Source: a virus
DNA length: 64,000 bases
Reading direction: 5' to 3' (one strand)
IMG/VR virus record: IMGVR_UViG_3300025978_000012
Coordinates: 1-64,000 of that record
Of this stretch, positions 39,872-50,128 are shown piece by piece. The stretch's first letter is position 1, and the number at the start of each line of letters is the position of its first letter. A program made the translations under genes and the position numbers. The notes under the pieces were generated by a model, which saw only the letters and a program-made list of their open reading frames with translations, had not been told where the DNA came from and did no database searches.

Positions 39872-40142
39872 TTTCTACTAGTTTGTCAATTTTTTTGGCT
39901 GTCTTTGTAGTAGAAGACTTTTGCCCCTTTGATTCCATATCTTTTAATGATACGGAGTTTATTTGCATATTATCCCCGATTGTAACGCTGTCGTCAAGAA
40001 CATTTTGCGCGATAGCAAGCATTGACCACATAAAGGCGAGTATTTTTGCGGTTCCAACGGTAATCTGAAAAACTTCGTTTTTTTCTTTTGCTTTTTCCTG
40101 TTGTATTTCAAAGGCTAAATCAAAAGCTTCTTTAAATTTCAT
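39834..40142 (-). CDS. Hypothetical protein
   Basis: 102 aa, AGGAG RBS. Confidence 0.55.
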   Translation of the reverse strand: MKFKEAFDLAFEIQQEKAKEKNEVFQITVGTAKILAFMWSMLAIAQNVLDDSVTIGDNMQINSVSLKDMESKGQKSSTTKTAKKIDKLVENDVSKEKQESTE

Positions 40143-40244
40143 CTATTTTATTCTCCTATTTAAAAATATTTTTTATTTTATAAAAAAATTAAAAATATTG
40201 CAACTAAAAATAAACAAAAAGAATGTATAATTATAGGTTCTATT

Positions 40245-40442
40245 TTAATCTTCGTGATATATTATATATTCATTTATTTGACTTTCAATAAATCCTAATC
40301 CTTGTAAAGCTTGAATGATATGTCGAATAATATTTGGAAGATGTTTATCATGCACTTCATTGTCAAGATTTATTGATTCAGAAATACTTCGTGAAGTCTG
40401 GTCAAACTCATCTTTTAATTTAAGTTCTACTGAAATATCCAT
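40245..40442 (-). CDS. Hypothetical protein
   Basis: 65 aa, AGGAG RBS. Confidence 0.5.
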   Translation of the reverse strand: MDISVELKLKDEFDQTSRSISESINLDNEVHDKHLPNIIRHIIQALQGLGFIESQINEYIIYHED

Positions 40443-40459
40443 TATCTAAATCTCCTTTG

Positions 40460-40810
40460 TTAATTTCTTAAGGCAATATCATAATTTTTTTGTCTCATTG
40501 ATTCATAAACTATAGGATCGCTGATTTTGAGCAGATGAGATTGTTCAAAAAATTTATCAAAAAATGGAACATATTTTAATTCACGGATAAACGATAAAAG
40601 ATTTATTCCTTTTATTGGAACAACATTTGGATTTTTTTCATATGGTATTTTACGTTTTTCTTTAATTTGTAATAATAATGGTAAACCAAGAGTTTTGTCA
40701 TATTCTTTTTGGTCTTTTGCCAAAAGTTCGCGTTTTCCACCAGCATAAGCGATATAATACATTTCATTAAAAAATATTTTAAACATGCCTATTTTTTCGT
40801 AATTTGCCAT
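40460..40810 (-). CDS. Hypothetical protein
   Basis: 116 aa in operon orientation. Confidence 0.55.
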   Translation of the reverse strand: MANYEKIGMFKIFFNEMYYIAYAGGKRELLAKDQKEYDKTLGLPLLLQIKEKRKIPYEKNPNVVPIKGINLLSFIRELKYVPFFDKFFEQSHLLKISDPIVYESMRQKNYDIALRN

Positions 40811-41058
40811 TTGGGGAATATTCCTTTTTTATCAAAATAATATGCCATAAATTCTGCCGTAATACGATATTTTTTTTCGTTATCTTCAATACGTTTACGA
40901 AGATCGTTATATATATAAAATAAACTAACGATACAACAAAAATTAAATATAATTAAAATTGTAATAATAAATTTCAATTCATTTATCCTCCATAAAATAA
41001 TAGACAGGGCATAAAAAACCATGCCCTGTCTGCAATCAATATTACATAATTGAATCAT
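40789..41058 (-). CDS. Small membrane protein
   Basis: TM helix; start uncertain. Confidence 0.4.
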   Translation of the reverse strand: MIQLCNIDCRQGMVFYALSIILWRINELKFIITILIIFNFCCIVSLFYIYNDLRKRIEDNEKKYRITAEFMAYYFDKKGIFPKWQITKK

Positions 41059-41311
41059 TTACATGGATGCTGTCATAATCCGGCACCGTTTTTTTTACTG
41101 CTATTTTTTTCATTGTTTTAACTTTCTTTCCCGGTTCCGTCTTTGACATAAGAGACTTTGCATTCTGCAAAGCAACGCGGATTGATTTAAGAACTTTTTT
41201 TTCTTCAGACATTTTAATATGTAATTTTTTAATTTCGAATTGCATATTATTAATTTTAGCTTTCTGCCGCATCCTGTCATTCATGAGTTGTTTCACTGAT
41301 TTTTCTGCCAT
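41042..41311 (-). CDS. Basic coiled-coil hypothetical protein
   Basis: 89 aa, AGGAG RBS. Confidence 0.55.
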   Translation of the reverse strand: MAEKSVKQLMNDRMRQKAKINNMQFEIKKLHIKMSEEKKVLKSIRVALQNAKSLMSKTEPGKKVKTMKKIAVKKTVPDYDSIHVNDSIM

Positions 41312-41349
41312 GTTTTTTAACTCTCCTTATATCATTATTTTTTAATGCG

Positions 41350-41976
41350 CTACTCTTTTATTTTTCGTAAAAGGCGGGGTGTTGTTTTTCCGACGGTCAT
41401 TTGAATTGATTCAACACATGCATTTCCCCTGTCAACAAGCTTCATTGCATCTGTGAAAACAGAAGTGCAGGCCATAGCTAATTCCATAGCATCTTTAACT
41501 TTGCTTTGTGCCCTGGTAAACATTCCTGCCGCTCGTTCACCAGACGTTTCCATTGCAATTCCATAATCAAGAATGTTTTTATAATATTTTTTTTGTTCAA
41601 TTTTTTCTTCATTAAGACGTGCAATTTCTTCATTCCGTTCACGCAAGAGGGGTTCATAATGATGTTGAACTTGATTTCGTATCGCGGATACCTCGATTTT
41701 ATTTTGATTCTGTAATCTTTTTATTTCAAGTTGATGATTTTCATTTATTTTTTCAATTTCTTTTTCCTGAGAATTAATCATATTTTTTAAAATTTTATCA
41801 TGATTTTCTTTCAGACGTTCAGTTTCTTTCACATTAGAATCAATCATATTTTTAATAATTAAATCATGATTTTTTTTCATTTCTTCTGCCATAACATAAT
41901 CTTCTTTCCGTTGTCGTTTACGACCCAAAAGAATCGCTTTTTTATGCATAATAATAATTCGATGTATCAACGTCAT
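41350..41976 (-). CDS. Coiled-coil hypothetical protein with internal 22-aa repeat
   Basis: NHDLIIKNMIDS / NHDKILKNMINS. Confidence 0.55.
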   Translation of the reverse strand: MTLIHRIIIMHKKAILLGRKRQRKEDYVMAEEMKKNHDLIIKNMIDSNVKETERLKENHDKILKNMINSQEKEIEKINENHQLEIKRLQNQNKIEVSAIRNQVQHHYEPLLRERNEEIARLNEEKIEQKKYYKNILDYGIAMETSGERAAGMFTRAQSKVKDAMELAMACTSVFTDAMKLVDRGNACVESIQMTVGKTTPRLLRKIKE

Positions 41977-42169
41977 AAATTTTACCTTATAGAAGATTTA
42001 ACATTTAATTATTTTCCTCTATTTATTATTTTGTTAGCCATAATATTTTTTTGGATTTGCTCTGATGTCAACTTATTTTTAGATTTTAAAATATCAACAA
42101 TAAGAAATACAATTGCAACGACAAAAATTGAAATAGGAATTATAAATCTCATAAATACACCATCCCTTT

Positions 42170-42391
42170 TTAATTTATTAAAATTTTTTCAAGTTTTTGT
42201 TCTTGATATTCAATATCAAATTCTTCTTCTAATGTTTTATAACATTCATAACAAATTTCATAAAAAAATAAATCATTATAAAATGAAAGTGTTTCAGTAT
42301 TAGTAATTTTAGGGATTATAATCAATTCCATTTTTTTATTGCACTTTTCGCACTGATATCGCATCGAAATATATTTTCTTCTATTTGACAT
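42170..42391 (-). CDS. Zinc-finger hypothetical protein
   Basis: CEKC...CYEC. Confidence 0.5.
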   Translation of the reverse strand: MSNRRKYISMRYQCEKCNKKMELIIIPKITNTETLSFYNDLFFYEICYECYKTLEEEFDIEYQEQKLEKILIN

Positions 42392-42692
42392 CGAGTTGTT
42401 CCTTTGTCGGAATATCCGGCAAATTGGCAGGCATCAATGAATAATGAAGCATTCGCATGTTGACGCTAATCTGTTCAAGATTTTCTTTAACAATATTTTT
42501 TATTGACAAAACATAAAGCAAAACAATAAAAATAAAAATTGTATTAATAATTTTCAAATATATTTCAATCGTTGTTTTATTTTTCCTAATGAATAAATCA
42601 GTCTGAACGGCATAATCACGACAGAACATTAAAACCATTTTTTTGTAATATAAAAATAATTTTTTTAGTTCTTCTTTCGTTATAATTTGCAT
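42381..42692 (-). CDS. Membrane hypothetical protein
   Basis: 103 aa with one TM helix. Confidence 0.5.
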   Translation of the reverse strand: MQIITKEELKKLFLYYKKMVLMFCRDYAVQTDLFIRKNKTTIEIYLKIINTIFIFIVLLYVLSIKNIVKENLEQISVNMRMLHYSLMPANLPDIPTKEQLDVK

Positions 42693-42939
42693 TTATAGTA
42701 CCTTTTTTAATTAATCTGTGAAAAAGCAAGAGGGGAGGTATGCCTTCAATACAAAATCTCTTGCTCGGCCGAAACCATTGCCTTTTAATCTTTCACGCTG
42801 GATTTTAACTACAAATAAACTTAAAAAAACATTATTTATAAAACATAATCTTGTCAATAACTTTTATTATTTTTTTTTAAATTTTAAAAAAAATAATAAA
42901 AGTTATATTAAACTAACTTATCTATTTTTTTAAAAAAAA

Positions 42940-43818
42940 TTATATTTTTTCTAACTCTAATGTTTTCAACAGGTATTCCCCGTAGCCCGATTTTCTGAGC
43001 GGCTCCGCGATGCCGCGAAGCTGTTCGCCGGTGATATACCCCATTTTGTACGCTATCTCTTCCACGCATGATATTTTAAGTCCCTGCCGGTCCTCGATCG
43101 CCTTGACGAAGAGCGCGGCGTCGATCATGGAGTCATGAGTGCCGGTGTCGAGCCAGGCGAACCCCCGGCCCATAATTTTCACCCGAAGTTTCCGGGCCGC
43201 TAGGTAGTGATTGTTGACCGCTGTTATCTCCAGTTCCCCCCGCGCCGAGGGCTTGATCGATTTGGCCACACGCACGATATCGTTGTCGTAAAAATAGAGC
43301 CCCACCACGGCGAAATTAGATTTTGGTTTGGCCGGTTTTTCCTCGATGGAAAGGACGTTACCGGCTTCGTCGAAATCGACCACGCCATATCGATTTGGAT
43401 CGTTTACATAATACCCAAAAACGGTCGCTCCCGAATCGGACAAGACGGCTTCCTTCAGCAATTCAGTGATGTCGTGGCCGTAGAAGATGTTGTCTCCCAG
43501 GATAAGACACACGCGGTCGCCTCCGATAAAGTCCTCGCCCACCAGGAATGCATCGGCTAGGCCGCGTGGGAAATCCTGAACCATATACGACAGGGAAATG
43601 CCCAGTTGGCCGCCGTCCCCCAGAATCTCCTTGAAATGGGGCAGATCGACCGGGGTTGATATAATCAGAATATCACGGATGCCTGCCAGCATGAGTGTGG
43701 AGAGGGGGTAATAAATCATGGGCTTGTCATATATCGGCAAAAGTTGTTTGCATACCACACGAGTAATAGGGTAAAGCCGAGTGCCGAAGCCCCCGGCTAA
43801 AATTATTCCTTTTAACAT
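42940..43818 (-). CDS. rfbA: Glucose-1-phosphate thymidylyltransferase
   Basis: [17 protein letters not shown]...[16 protein letters not shown]; EEKP; RGELEIT; WLDTGT. Confidence 0.97.
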   Translation of the reverse strand: MLKGIILAGGFGTRLYPITRVVCKQLLPIYDKPMIYYPLSTLMLAGIRDILIISTPVDLPHFKEILGDGGQLGISLSYMVQDFPRGLADAFLVGEDFIGGDRVCLILGDNIFYGHDITELLKEAVLSDSGATVFGYYVNDPNRYGVVDFDEAGNVLSIEEKPAKPKSNFAVVGLYFYDNDIVRVAKSIKPSARGELEITAVNNHYLAARKLRVKIMGRGFAWLDTGTHDSMIDAALFVKAIEDRQGLKISCVEEIAYKMGYITGEQLRGIAEPLRKSGYGEYLLKTLELEKI

Positions 43819-45185
43819 TATTTTTTTTCCTTCTCTCTTTTATTTTTTCGTTGTTGCCTCATTATCTCACGTAATTTTTTACGCTCAATGACTTTTGCTT
43901 CGATAAGTTTTAATTTTTCTTTTGATTTTCCACCCGACAAAATAGAGGGTAAGCCGTGTGCGCGGGAAATAGGTTCCAAAGCGTACATGTGCGCCTTGAT
44001 CGCATCGTCCTCTATTTCTACAGGGTCTTCTGTCGCATTCCCATTTTTATCAGTTTTTCTATGATATGTTTGCACTTCTTGTGCTGTTCTTGGACATACA
44101 TCGGGGTCAATTATCCATTTTTGTGATTTAATGAAATCTATTCCTCGTTGAACGCTTCCCGGTCCTTTAACTGCACCGATAGCGCCATATCCGTGTTGCA
44201 ACCATTCTTTTATTTTTGATGGTTCTGCACTGTCACAGATAACCTTTTCACCTGCATGTAATACATCAAATTCTTCATTTAATTTAATAAATTCCATATT
44301 TGTTTTTTCGGTAGAACATAATTCATTATATGTATACATCGTTCCATCTTTAAAACCAATTTTCACAATTATCTGGGGATGGACAAAACCCCAATCTTGG
44401 CCATTATATATCGCATCAAAATCTTCTTCTTTATATGTTATTTTTTCAAATGACCAGTTTGTAAAAATAATATTTCCGAACGCACCCCACTCGCCAAGAC
44501 AATAAACTCGATAAAATTCATAATCAATTTCTTTGTATCCCTCCAATACGGCTCGATAATCGTCATCAATGAATTTATTATCAAGATATGTGGTTTTTAA
44601 AATATAAACTTTTGTTTTTTTTTGATAAGATTTTAAGTCAAAAAATTCTCGTTTTATCCAGTGTTTATCAGAAATAGGATTTAACAATAATGTAATTTGA
44701 AATGGAATGTTTTTTGGTTTTCCTGATTTTCCACGAAGACGAATGTTTAATTGATCGAAATCTTTTTGCGTTATTTCACTGGCCTCTTCAATTATTATAT
44801 CCGTTAAAATTCCCTTTGGAAATGTTAGACTTTTAATTTTTTCAATATCATCTAAACCTTTTAAAACTGCCATATATCCAGTTGATTTAACCGTAATAGA
44901 CATATCGGTCTTATTAACTTTAAAAATCTTATTTAATCCCATTTCATTGATAAGTTGAACCATCAACGCGTAGGTACTAGATTTATTTGTAGCCGCTACT
45001 TTCCTCGCAATAAGGTAATTGTGCCCTGGTTCCGCAATAAGTTTATAAATGGCTTCTTGAAAGGCTTCGTAAGATTTTCCCGATCCTCCGCCGCCGACAG
45101 ATATACGAATACGGCTTTTATTTTCAAAAAAATCCCAAAAAACAGGATTAAGGAGATTATAAAACTCATCAAAATCTACAAACAT
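43818..45185 (-). CDS. terL: Terminase large subunit (PBSX-type)
   Basis: GGGGSGKS Walker A, IIIEEASE Walker B, LLNP, GQDWG and DD nuclease motifs. Confidence 0.95.
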   Translation of the reverse strand: MFVDFDEFYNLLNPVFWDFFENKSRIRISVGGGGSGKSYEAFQEAIYKLIAEPGHNYLIARKVAATNKSSTYALMVQLINEMGLNKIFKVNKTDMSITVKSTGYMAVLKGLDDIEKIKSLTFPKGILTDIIIEEASEITQKDFDQLNIRLRGKSGKPKNIPFQITLLLNPISDKHWIKREFFDLKSYQKKTKVYILKTTYLDNKFIDDDYRAVLEGYKEIDYEFYRVYCLGEWGAFGNIIFTNWSFEKITYKEEDFDAIYNGQDWGFVHPQIIVKIGFKDGTMYTYNELCSTEKTNMEFIKLNEEFDVLHAGEKVICDSAEPSKIKEWLQHGYGAIGAVKGPGSVQRGIDFIKSQKWIIDPDVCPRTAQEVQTYHRKTDKNGNATEDPVEIEDDAIKAHMYALEPISRAHGLPSILSGGKSKEKLKLIEAKVIERKKLREIMRQQRKNKREKEKK

Positions 45186-45731
45186 TTAAGATTCTTTTTC
45201 TATTTCATTTTTTTCTTCGTTAGGCCGTCGAGCAGGACGAACGATAATTTCACCTGTTAATTCAGATTTATCTTGCATCATTTCAAGAACTTTTAATAAG
45301 TCTGAAAGTGCAGCGGTTTTTGAATGCATTCGAACTTTTGAAATTTTTTCAGGGCCATATTTTGTTTCCCGTTCGATAGTATCAATTGATTGAATGGCGC
45401 GAGTATCAGCCTCCGAAAATGGTTTTATTTTCAGTGTTTCACCATCGAAATCGGCAATATCTTTTATATCAGCATTAGCGAGTGCCAAAAGATTTTTAAA
45501 CGTTGTTCCGATTTCTTTTTTTTTCTCATTCCAAAGATCATCAAAAATTTCTTGGATTGCTTCGGCGGTTTTAGTATCTTTTAGCAGTTTTGCTCCATTT
45601 TGACCACATGTAGAATATTTGGCTGTTGGATATGCTTTTTTATATGCTAGTGTTGCATTTTGTAATTCTATATAAGCCAAAATAAATTCTTTATGTTTTT
45701 GGTTTTTAATTTCATCAAATTTTTTTCCCAT
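45186..45731 (-). CDS. terS: Terminase small subunit (likely start MGKKF at 45731)
   Basis: F-x-x-x-Y...NAT-x-AY-x-x-AY HTH; K-x-x-AL-x-x-L; adjacent to terL. Confidence 0.85.
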   Translation of the reverse strand: MGKKFDEIKNQKHKEFILAYIELQNATLAYKKAYPTAKYSTCGQNGAKLLKDTKTAEAIQEIFDDLWNEKKKEIGTTFKNLLALANADIKDIADFDGETLKIKPFSEADTRAIQSIDTIERETKYGPEKISKVRMHSKTAALSDLLKVLEMMQDKSELTGEIIVRPARRPNEEKNEIEKES

Positions 45732-45924
45732 CGGTATTTTCTCCATATACGACATGTTCATGTTTATTTTTAAGATACAATCCTTCAATTATTTTTATAA
45801 TATAATTTGGCAATACTATTTTATTTTTTGAGATTACATGAAGTAATTCTCCAATTAACATATTTTTAATTTCGATTTCTTTATTAAGTAATGTAATTTT
45901 TTCGAATGATTTTTTCACCAGCAA
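45715..45924 (-). CDS. Hypothetical protein
   Basis: 69 aa overlapping neighbours. Confidence 0.4.
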   Translation of the reverse strand: MLVKKSFEKITLLNKEIEIKNMLIGELLHVISKNKIVLPNYIIKIIEGLYLKNKHEHVVYGENTDGKKI

Positions 45925-46346
45925 ACCTCTATATATGTTCTGGCATTATGTGGAGTATAAAATTTAAAGAGTGTTCCGCCATATACTTGGTTATCATCAT
46001 CAAAAATTATTTTTGAAAAACAATCCATGACCCATTTATCCGCATTATCTCTATCGATTTTCTTACAATAAGGGTAGTCTTCGTTTTTAATTAAATCAAG
46101 TAATTTTTTTGTTTTTTCATTTTTTATTGGTTCAAAAAACCATGTAATGTTTAAAATTACAGGAGTTCCTTTTTTTATTATTTTAAAATTATCTGGCAAT
46201 TGGTTTTTGATATTATTTTTAACTATATTCATTTCTTTTTCTTGCGGATTATACCAATTTCCATACGCTCCTTTTCGTGATCGTTGTTTCGCAATAGGTT
46301 TTCCGGGAATAGTGATATATAGAATATTATTCATGTTCTTTATCAA
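45915..46346 (-). CDS. rusA: RusA-family Holliday junction resolvase
   Basis: IPGKPIAKQR; K-x-DRDN-x-x-K-x-x-x-D; DDNQV. Confidence 0.85.
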   Translation of the reverse strand: MIKNMNNILYITIPGKPIAKQRSRKGAYGNWYNPQEKEMNIVKNNIKNQLPDNFKIIKKGTPVILNITWFFEPIKNEKTKKLLDLIKNEDYPYCKKIDRDNADKWVMDCFSKIIFDDDNQVYGGTLFKFYTPHNARTYIEVCW

Positions 46347-46983
46347 AATTCCAGAAATAGGTTCTAATGTCTTTTGCTGATGTTTTTGTTTTTTTTAGAA
46401 TTATAAATCCGCGTCCTTCAAGATCGGTCAACATATTTAATCGAACATGTTTTTCGAGTGTTTGAGTTTTTCGAATTAAATTCGTGAGGGTTATTCCACG
46501 ATCTCCCGCACATTGGACGGCTGTTAAAATTCTGTTAATATATTTATCGACAATTGATTCTTTTTCTTTTATTTCTATTTTATCAATTTCATCTACCGGT
46601 ATTTTTTCGATGGTAACGATTGCCCTATATTTTTTATTTGGTAAAATATAAAAATCATTTTTAAAAACTACTTTTTCAGATTTTATTTTTGTTAATTCAA
46701 GAATACTCTCATTCACTTTTTTTATAAAGATATTGTGTCCTTCTTGAAATTCTTTATTTTTTTCTTCTAAAGAATCGGCCGATATTGAGTGCGATAAATA
46801 TCCTTCTTTTGTCGGCAATTCACTAAGAAATTTAAAATACATATAAACATTATAATATGTTTTACGAGTACTTCCGATTATAATGAGGAATGGTGTGATT
46901 GAAAAATTAAAATTTTCATCAAAATTCAGTGGGTCTTCCATTTTTTGTTTTATTTTTTTAAAAACAATTTGTTTTCCGGGCAT
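46327..46983 (-). CDS. Hypothetical protein with C-terminal winged-helix-like region
   Basis: GITLTNLIRKTQ...LTDLEGRGFI; likely start MPGKQ with AGGAG RBS. Confidence 0.55.
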   Translation of the reverse strand: MPGKQIVFKKIKQKMEDPLNFDENFNFSITPFLIIIGSTRKTYYNVYMYFKFLSELPTKEGYLSHSISADSLEEKNKEFQEGHNIFIKKVNESILELTKIKSEKVVFKNDFYILPNKKYRAIVTIEKIPVDEIDKIEIKEKESIVDKYINRILTAVQCAGDRGITLTNLIRKTQTLEKHVRLNMLTDLEGRGFIILKKTKTSAKDIRTYFWNFDKEHE

Positions 46984-47471
46984 TTTGTTATTAGCTCCTT
47001 TTTTATTTATATAACAAACTACTAAAACTATATAATGTGTCAAGTAAATTATTATTATTGGAAAATAATAGTCTAATTATATAATTAGAATTTAAAAATT
47101 ATATTTTTTTTTGACGTAGAATACATTTTATAATTTTAAATTTTAGAAAAATACAAAATAAGAATTTATAAATTATAATCCGCATTGAATGATTTTATAA
47201 TTTTGATTTTCTATCTTTATAATAAGTATTCAATTATAAAGAATTATAAATTTTAATAATTAATAATAAGATAAAATTATATATGATTAAGTATATAAAA
47301 GTATACATTATTATTATTATTATATATATTATTAATATATATATATCTTATTACTAATATAATTAAAAATTATAATGTTCTGGTCAACAAAAAGTCTAAA
47401 CGCCTTTTTGTTGACCTAAAACACATAATTTTTAGATGGGGTAGTTTTAAGTAGTTTCTTTTCTTAAAAAG

Positions 47472-47501
47472 AAATGGCCTTGAAGGTTATTCAAGGCCAT
47501 T
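47472..47501 (-). terminator. Hairpin/terminator downstream of glycan locus
   Basis: aatggccttgaa-ggtta-ttcaaggccatt followed by T-rich tail on minus strand. Confidence 0.65.
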
Positions 47502-47597
47502 TGAAATGATTTAAAATGGGGTATTATGGGTAACACGTACTATTCCTATTTAGGAATCACAATATTACTATATTTATATTATATGTCAACGACTTTT

Positions 47598-48284
47598 TTA
47601 ATCTATATTCTCATGTCCACGGCTCATTCCACCCAAATGATCGCATTTAATTTTTGTGTAATTGGCCAATCTGTATTCCCTACCTGCATCATAGCTCATC
47701 CATGCATCCGGAAAAGCGCCGGAATTTTCCATTGACCATCGAAATTGAAATTTTTTTAATATTTCTCTTTTATAGAGAGAGCATCCGCTTAAAACATGAT
47801 GAGTTGGCACCAGTTTCCATGTTCTCTCTGTATGAGTAAACCATTCTCCGTCATGAAAACCATAATAATAGATACCACCTATTATATCGGCCTTATTTAC
47901 ACATTCCAAAAAACATGAAATCCAATCCTGGCGTAATGGAATAACATCACTTTCAAGAATGATAAAATATTTCCACACATCAGTAATAGTAATAAATTGT
48001 TTTTGTAAAAATTCAAGACTTTTGGTTACATTTCTTTGAAATTGAAAACCATCATTTTTACGTTCAACATCAATATGAGAAATCATTATTTTTTTTAAAT
48101 TATTTTTATTTAATTCAGGAATAATTTTTTTTAGAGAATTATAATAATCAAGTGTCGGACTATTATCAACGATACTTATTTGAGCATTATCAATTTCAGA
48201 ATTTAATAATGTTCCAAAAAATTCTTTATCGCAATATTTTTTGCATTCATGTGTATAAATCGCAATAAAAACATTTTCATTCAT
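47598..48284 (-). CDS. GT-A fold glycosyltransferase-like protein
   Basis: IVDNS, LESDVIP, GCSLYKRE, PD, C-terminal H. Confidence 0.65.
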   Translation of the reverse strand: MNENVFIAIYTHECKKYCDKEFFGTLLNSEIDNAQISIVDNSPTLDYYNSLKKIIPELNKNNLKKIMISHIDVERKNDGFQFQRNVTKSLEFLQKQFITITDVWKYFIILESDVIPLRQDWISCFLECVNKADIIGGIYYYGFHDGEWFTHTERTWKLVPTHHVLSGCSLYKREILKKFQFRWSMENSGAFPDAWMSYDAGREYRLANYTKIKCDHLGGMSRGHENID

Positions 48285-48285
48285 T

Positions 48286-48855
48286 TTATTTTATCCAAAA
48301 GAAACAAATTGAATTATATATATTAATTGATTTGCAATCGCATATGGGAATAGCACATAATAATTCATCTATTTTTTTATGTGCTATATTTATGGCCGGA
48401 ACGCCGTCATTGATATAGAATCCGCCCCTAAACGATTGAAATTGTGTTCCATAGTCTTCTATAACATAGCATAATTTTACATGTGGATATAATAATTCAA
48501 ATGATTTTTTAATATCACTGCTAAAATGCGAACCATCATCAACGACAATTTCAGGGTTCCCGTATTTCTGCAGAATTGAATCAATAAATTCTTTAGTAGA
48601 AGCGTTTCCTATTTCAATTTTTATTCGTTCTTCTTCAAAATAACAGGATGGATCGATTTCCAACCCAACAATTACAGCATTCGGAAAATATTCCTTCCAT
48701 GCCCTGACGCTTCCTCCCCTATTCACTCCAATTTCAAAAATTAATTTTACATCGTTTCTTATTCTTGAAAATTCATTTTCGTATCCATATTCATAATGAC
48801 CAGGATTCACTTTGTCAGTGTCATGTCTTGAAAATATTTCTTCAAATTTATTCAT
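48286..48855 (-). CDS. SAM-dependent sugar O-methyltransferase (MycE/ElmM-like)
   Basis: TDK...HY; EIGV-x-x-GGS-x-x-x-WKEYFPNA; IVVDDGSH; YVIED. Confidence 0.75.
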   Translation of the reverse strand: MNKFEEIFSRHDTDKVNPGHYEYGYENEFSRIRNDVKLIFEIGVNRGGSVRAWKEYFPNAVIVGLEIDPSCYFEEERIKIEIGNASTKEFIDSILQKYGNPEIVVDDGSHFSSDIKKSFELLYPHVKLCYVIEDYGTQFQSFRGGFYINDGVPAINIAHKKIDELLCAIPICDCKSINIYNSICFFWIK

Positions 48856-50128
48856 TTGTTTTTTTTTCTATTTGTTCAAGAATATTTTTCCATTCTCGTA
48901 ATTTTACGTCATCAGGATATAGTTCTGAATATTGGATAATGCTCCCTTTGCTTTTTGAGAACCATTGCCGGTTTGATTTAAATAATTTTATTATTTCTTT
49001 TTTATTATTTTGTTCAAAAATAAATGCATATTTTCCAAGTGATTGTTTGAATAGAACCGATCCCATTGAGGTATTATGCCATAATTTTTTATTTTTATTA
49101 ATATTTAAAATATTTTTAAATTCTTGTTCCCATTGAGTAGTTACAATTTTTGTATTATACAATTCGTCGGCCCTGTTTTTTGCATTAATTGACATGAAAT
49201 TAAGTATATCGGGATTATTGTAAAGATATTCTATTTCACAATGATATTTTTCTTTCGATGTTATAATTCCATTAAAAAAATTTGTTACAATAAAATATTC
49301 TGACGAATTATTTAAGACAACCGGGACAACTCCCGCCGCCATTGCCTCGCCAAGCACTTGTTCACAAGTTCCATAATGTTTTTCGTACAATGGATATCCG
49401 AATACATCCATTTGGGAAAACCAAGGAGATAAATCATTAACCCTATCAGTAAAAATAAATTTTTCCCATAGTCCTTTGTTTTTTACCTGTTGCTTCACAG
49501 TATTTAAATCAGGACCGGAGCTACAAAAAATAAATTTTACATTTGGTATGTTTATTTTTGAGCACATTTCAACATAATCAGGATGCAATTTACTATTAAA
49601 GTCTATCGTTCCGGCATATCCTATATTAAATGTATCATGCGGTTCTTTTTTTAAATTATAGAATTTTAAAATATTAGCAACGGACCATATAACTCCGAAT
49701 TTATTTTTTTGTTTAATTGAAAGTTCTTGATATTCTTTCGCCTGATGTGAAACAATAGAAGTGAATATAAACCTATCACTCATTTCAACTAATTTTTCGG
49801 TTATGACATAGGGTGGATATAGATTATTTGCGTGTGCCCATACGATCAATCGGCATGGCGGAATTGATTGCATCACCAGAAATTCATATAATAGCGGATT
49901 GTTATACCAGTGCAATACTACAATATCGTTTTTTTCAATAAGTTCTTTTAATTTTTCAGGATCATTTCGAAGATCGTGAATTGAGTGAGGGATGACAACA
50001 CTACGCGAATCCTCGATATTCAGACACGCGATAGTATGCTCTATGCCGGTTGTATTTTTAACCAGATTTTCTATGACGGTCCCTACTCCGCCCCCGGTGT
50101 GAGTTGTTATATGCAATACTTTTATCAT
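48848..50128 (-). CDS. GT-B (GT4-like) glycosyltransferase
   Basis: H-x-GGGVG N-terminus; DVFGYPL...E-x-x-LGEAMAAG-x-x-PVV. Confidence 0.85.
   Translation of the reverse strand: MIKVLHITTHTGGGVGTVIENLVKNTTGIEHTIACLNIEDSRSVVIPHSIHDLRNDPEKLKELIEKNDIVVLHWYNNPLLYEFLVMQSIPPCRLIVWAHANNLYPPYVITEKLVEMSDRFIFTSIVSHQAKEYQELSIKQKNKFGVIWSVANILKFYNLKKEPHDTFNIGYAGTIDFNSKLHPDYVEMCSKINIPNVKFIFCSSGPDLNTVKQQVKNKGLWEKFIFTDRVNDLSPWFSQMDVFGYPLYEKHYGTCEQVLGEAMAAGVVPVVLNNSSEYFIVTNFFNGIITSKEKYHCEIEYLYNNPDILNFMSINAKNRADELYNTKIVTTQWEQEFKNILNINKNKKLWHNTSMGSVLFKQSLGKYAFIFEQNNKKEIIKLFKSNRQWFSKSKGSIIQYSELYPDDVKLREWKNILEQIEKKTNE

Noticed and set aside
42760-42785. Fluoride riboswitch (GGCAATGG...GCC on minus strand)
   Set aside because: The downstream GCTRATGAC element is missing and no fluoride-related gene follows
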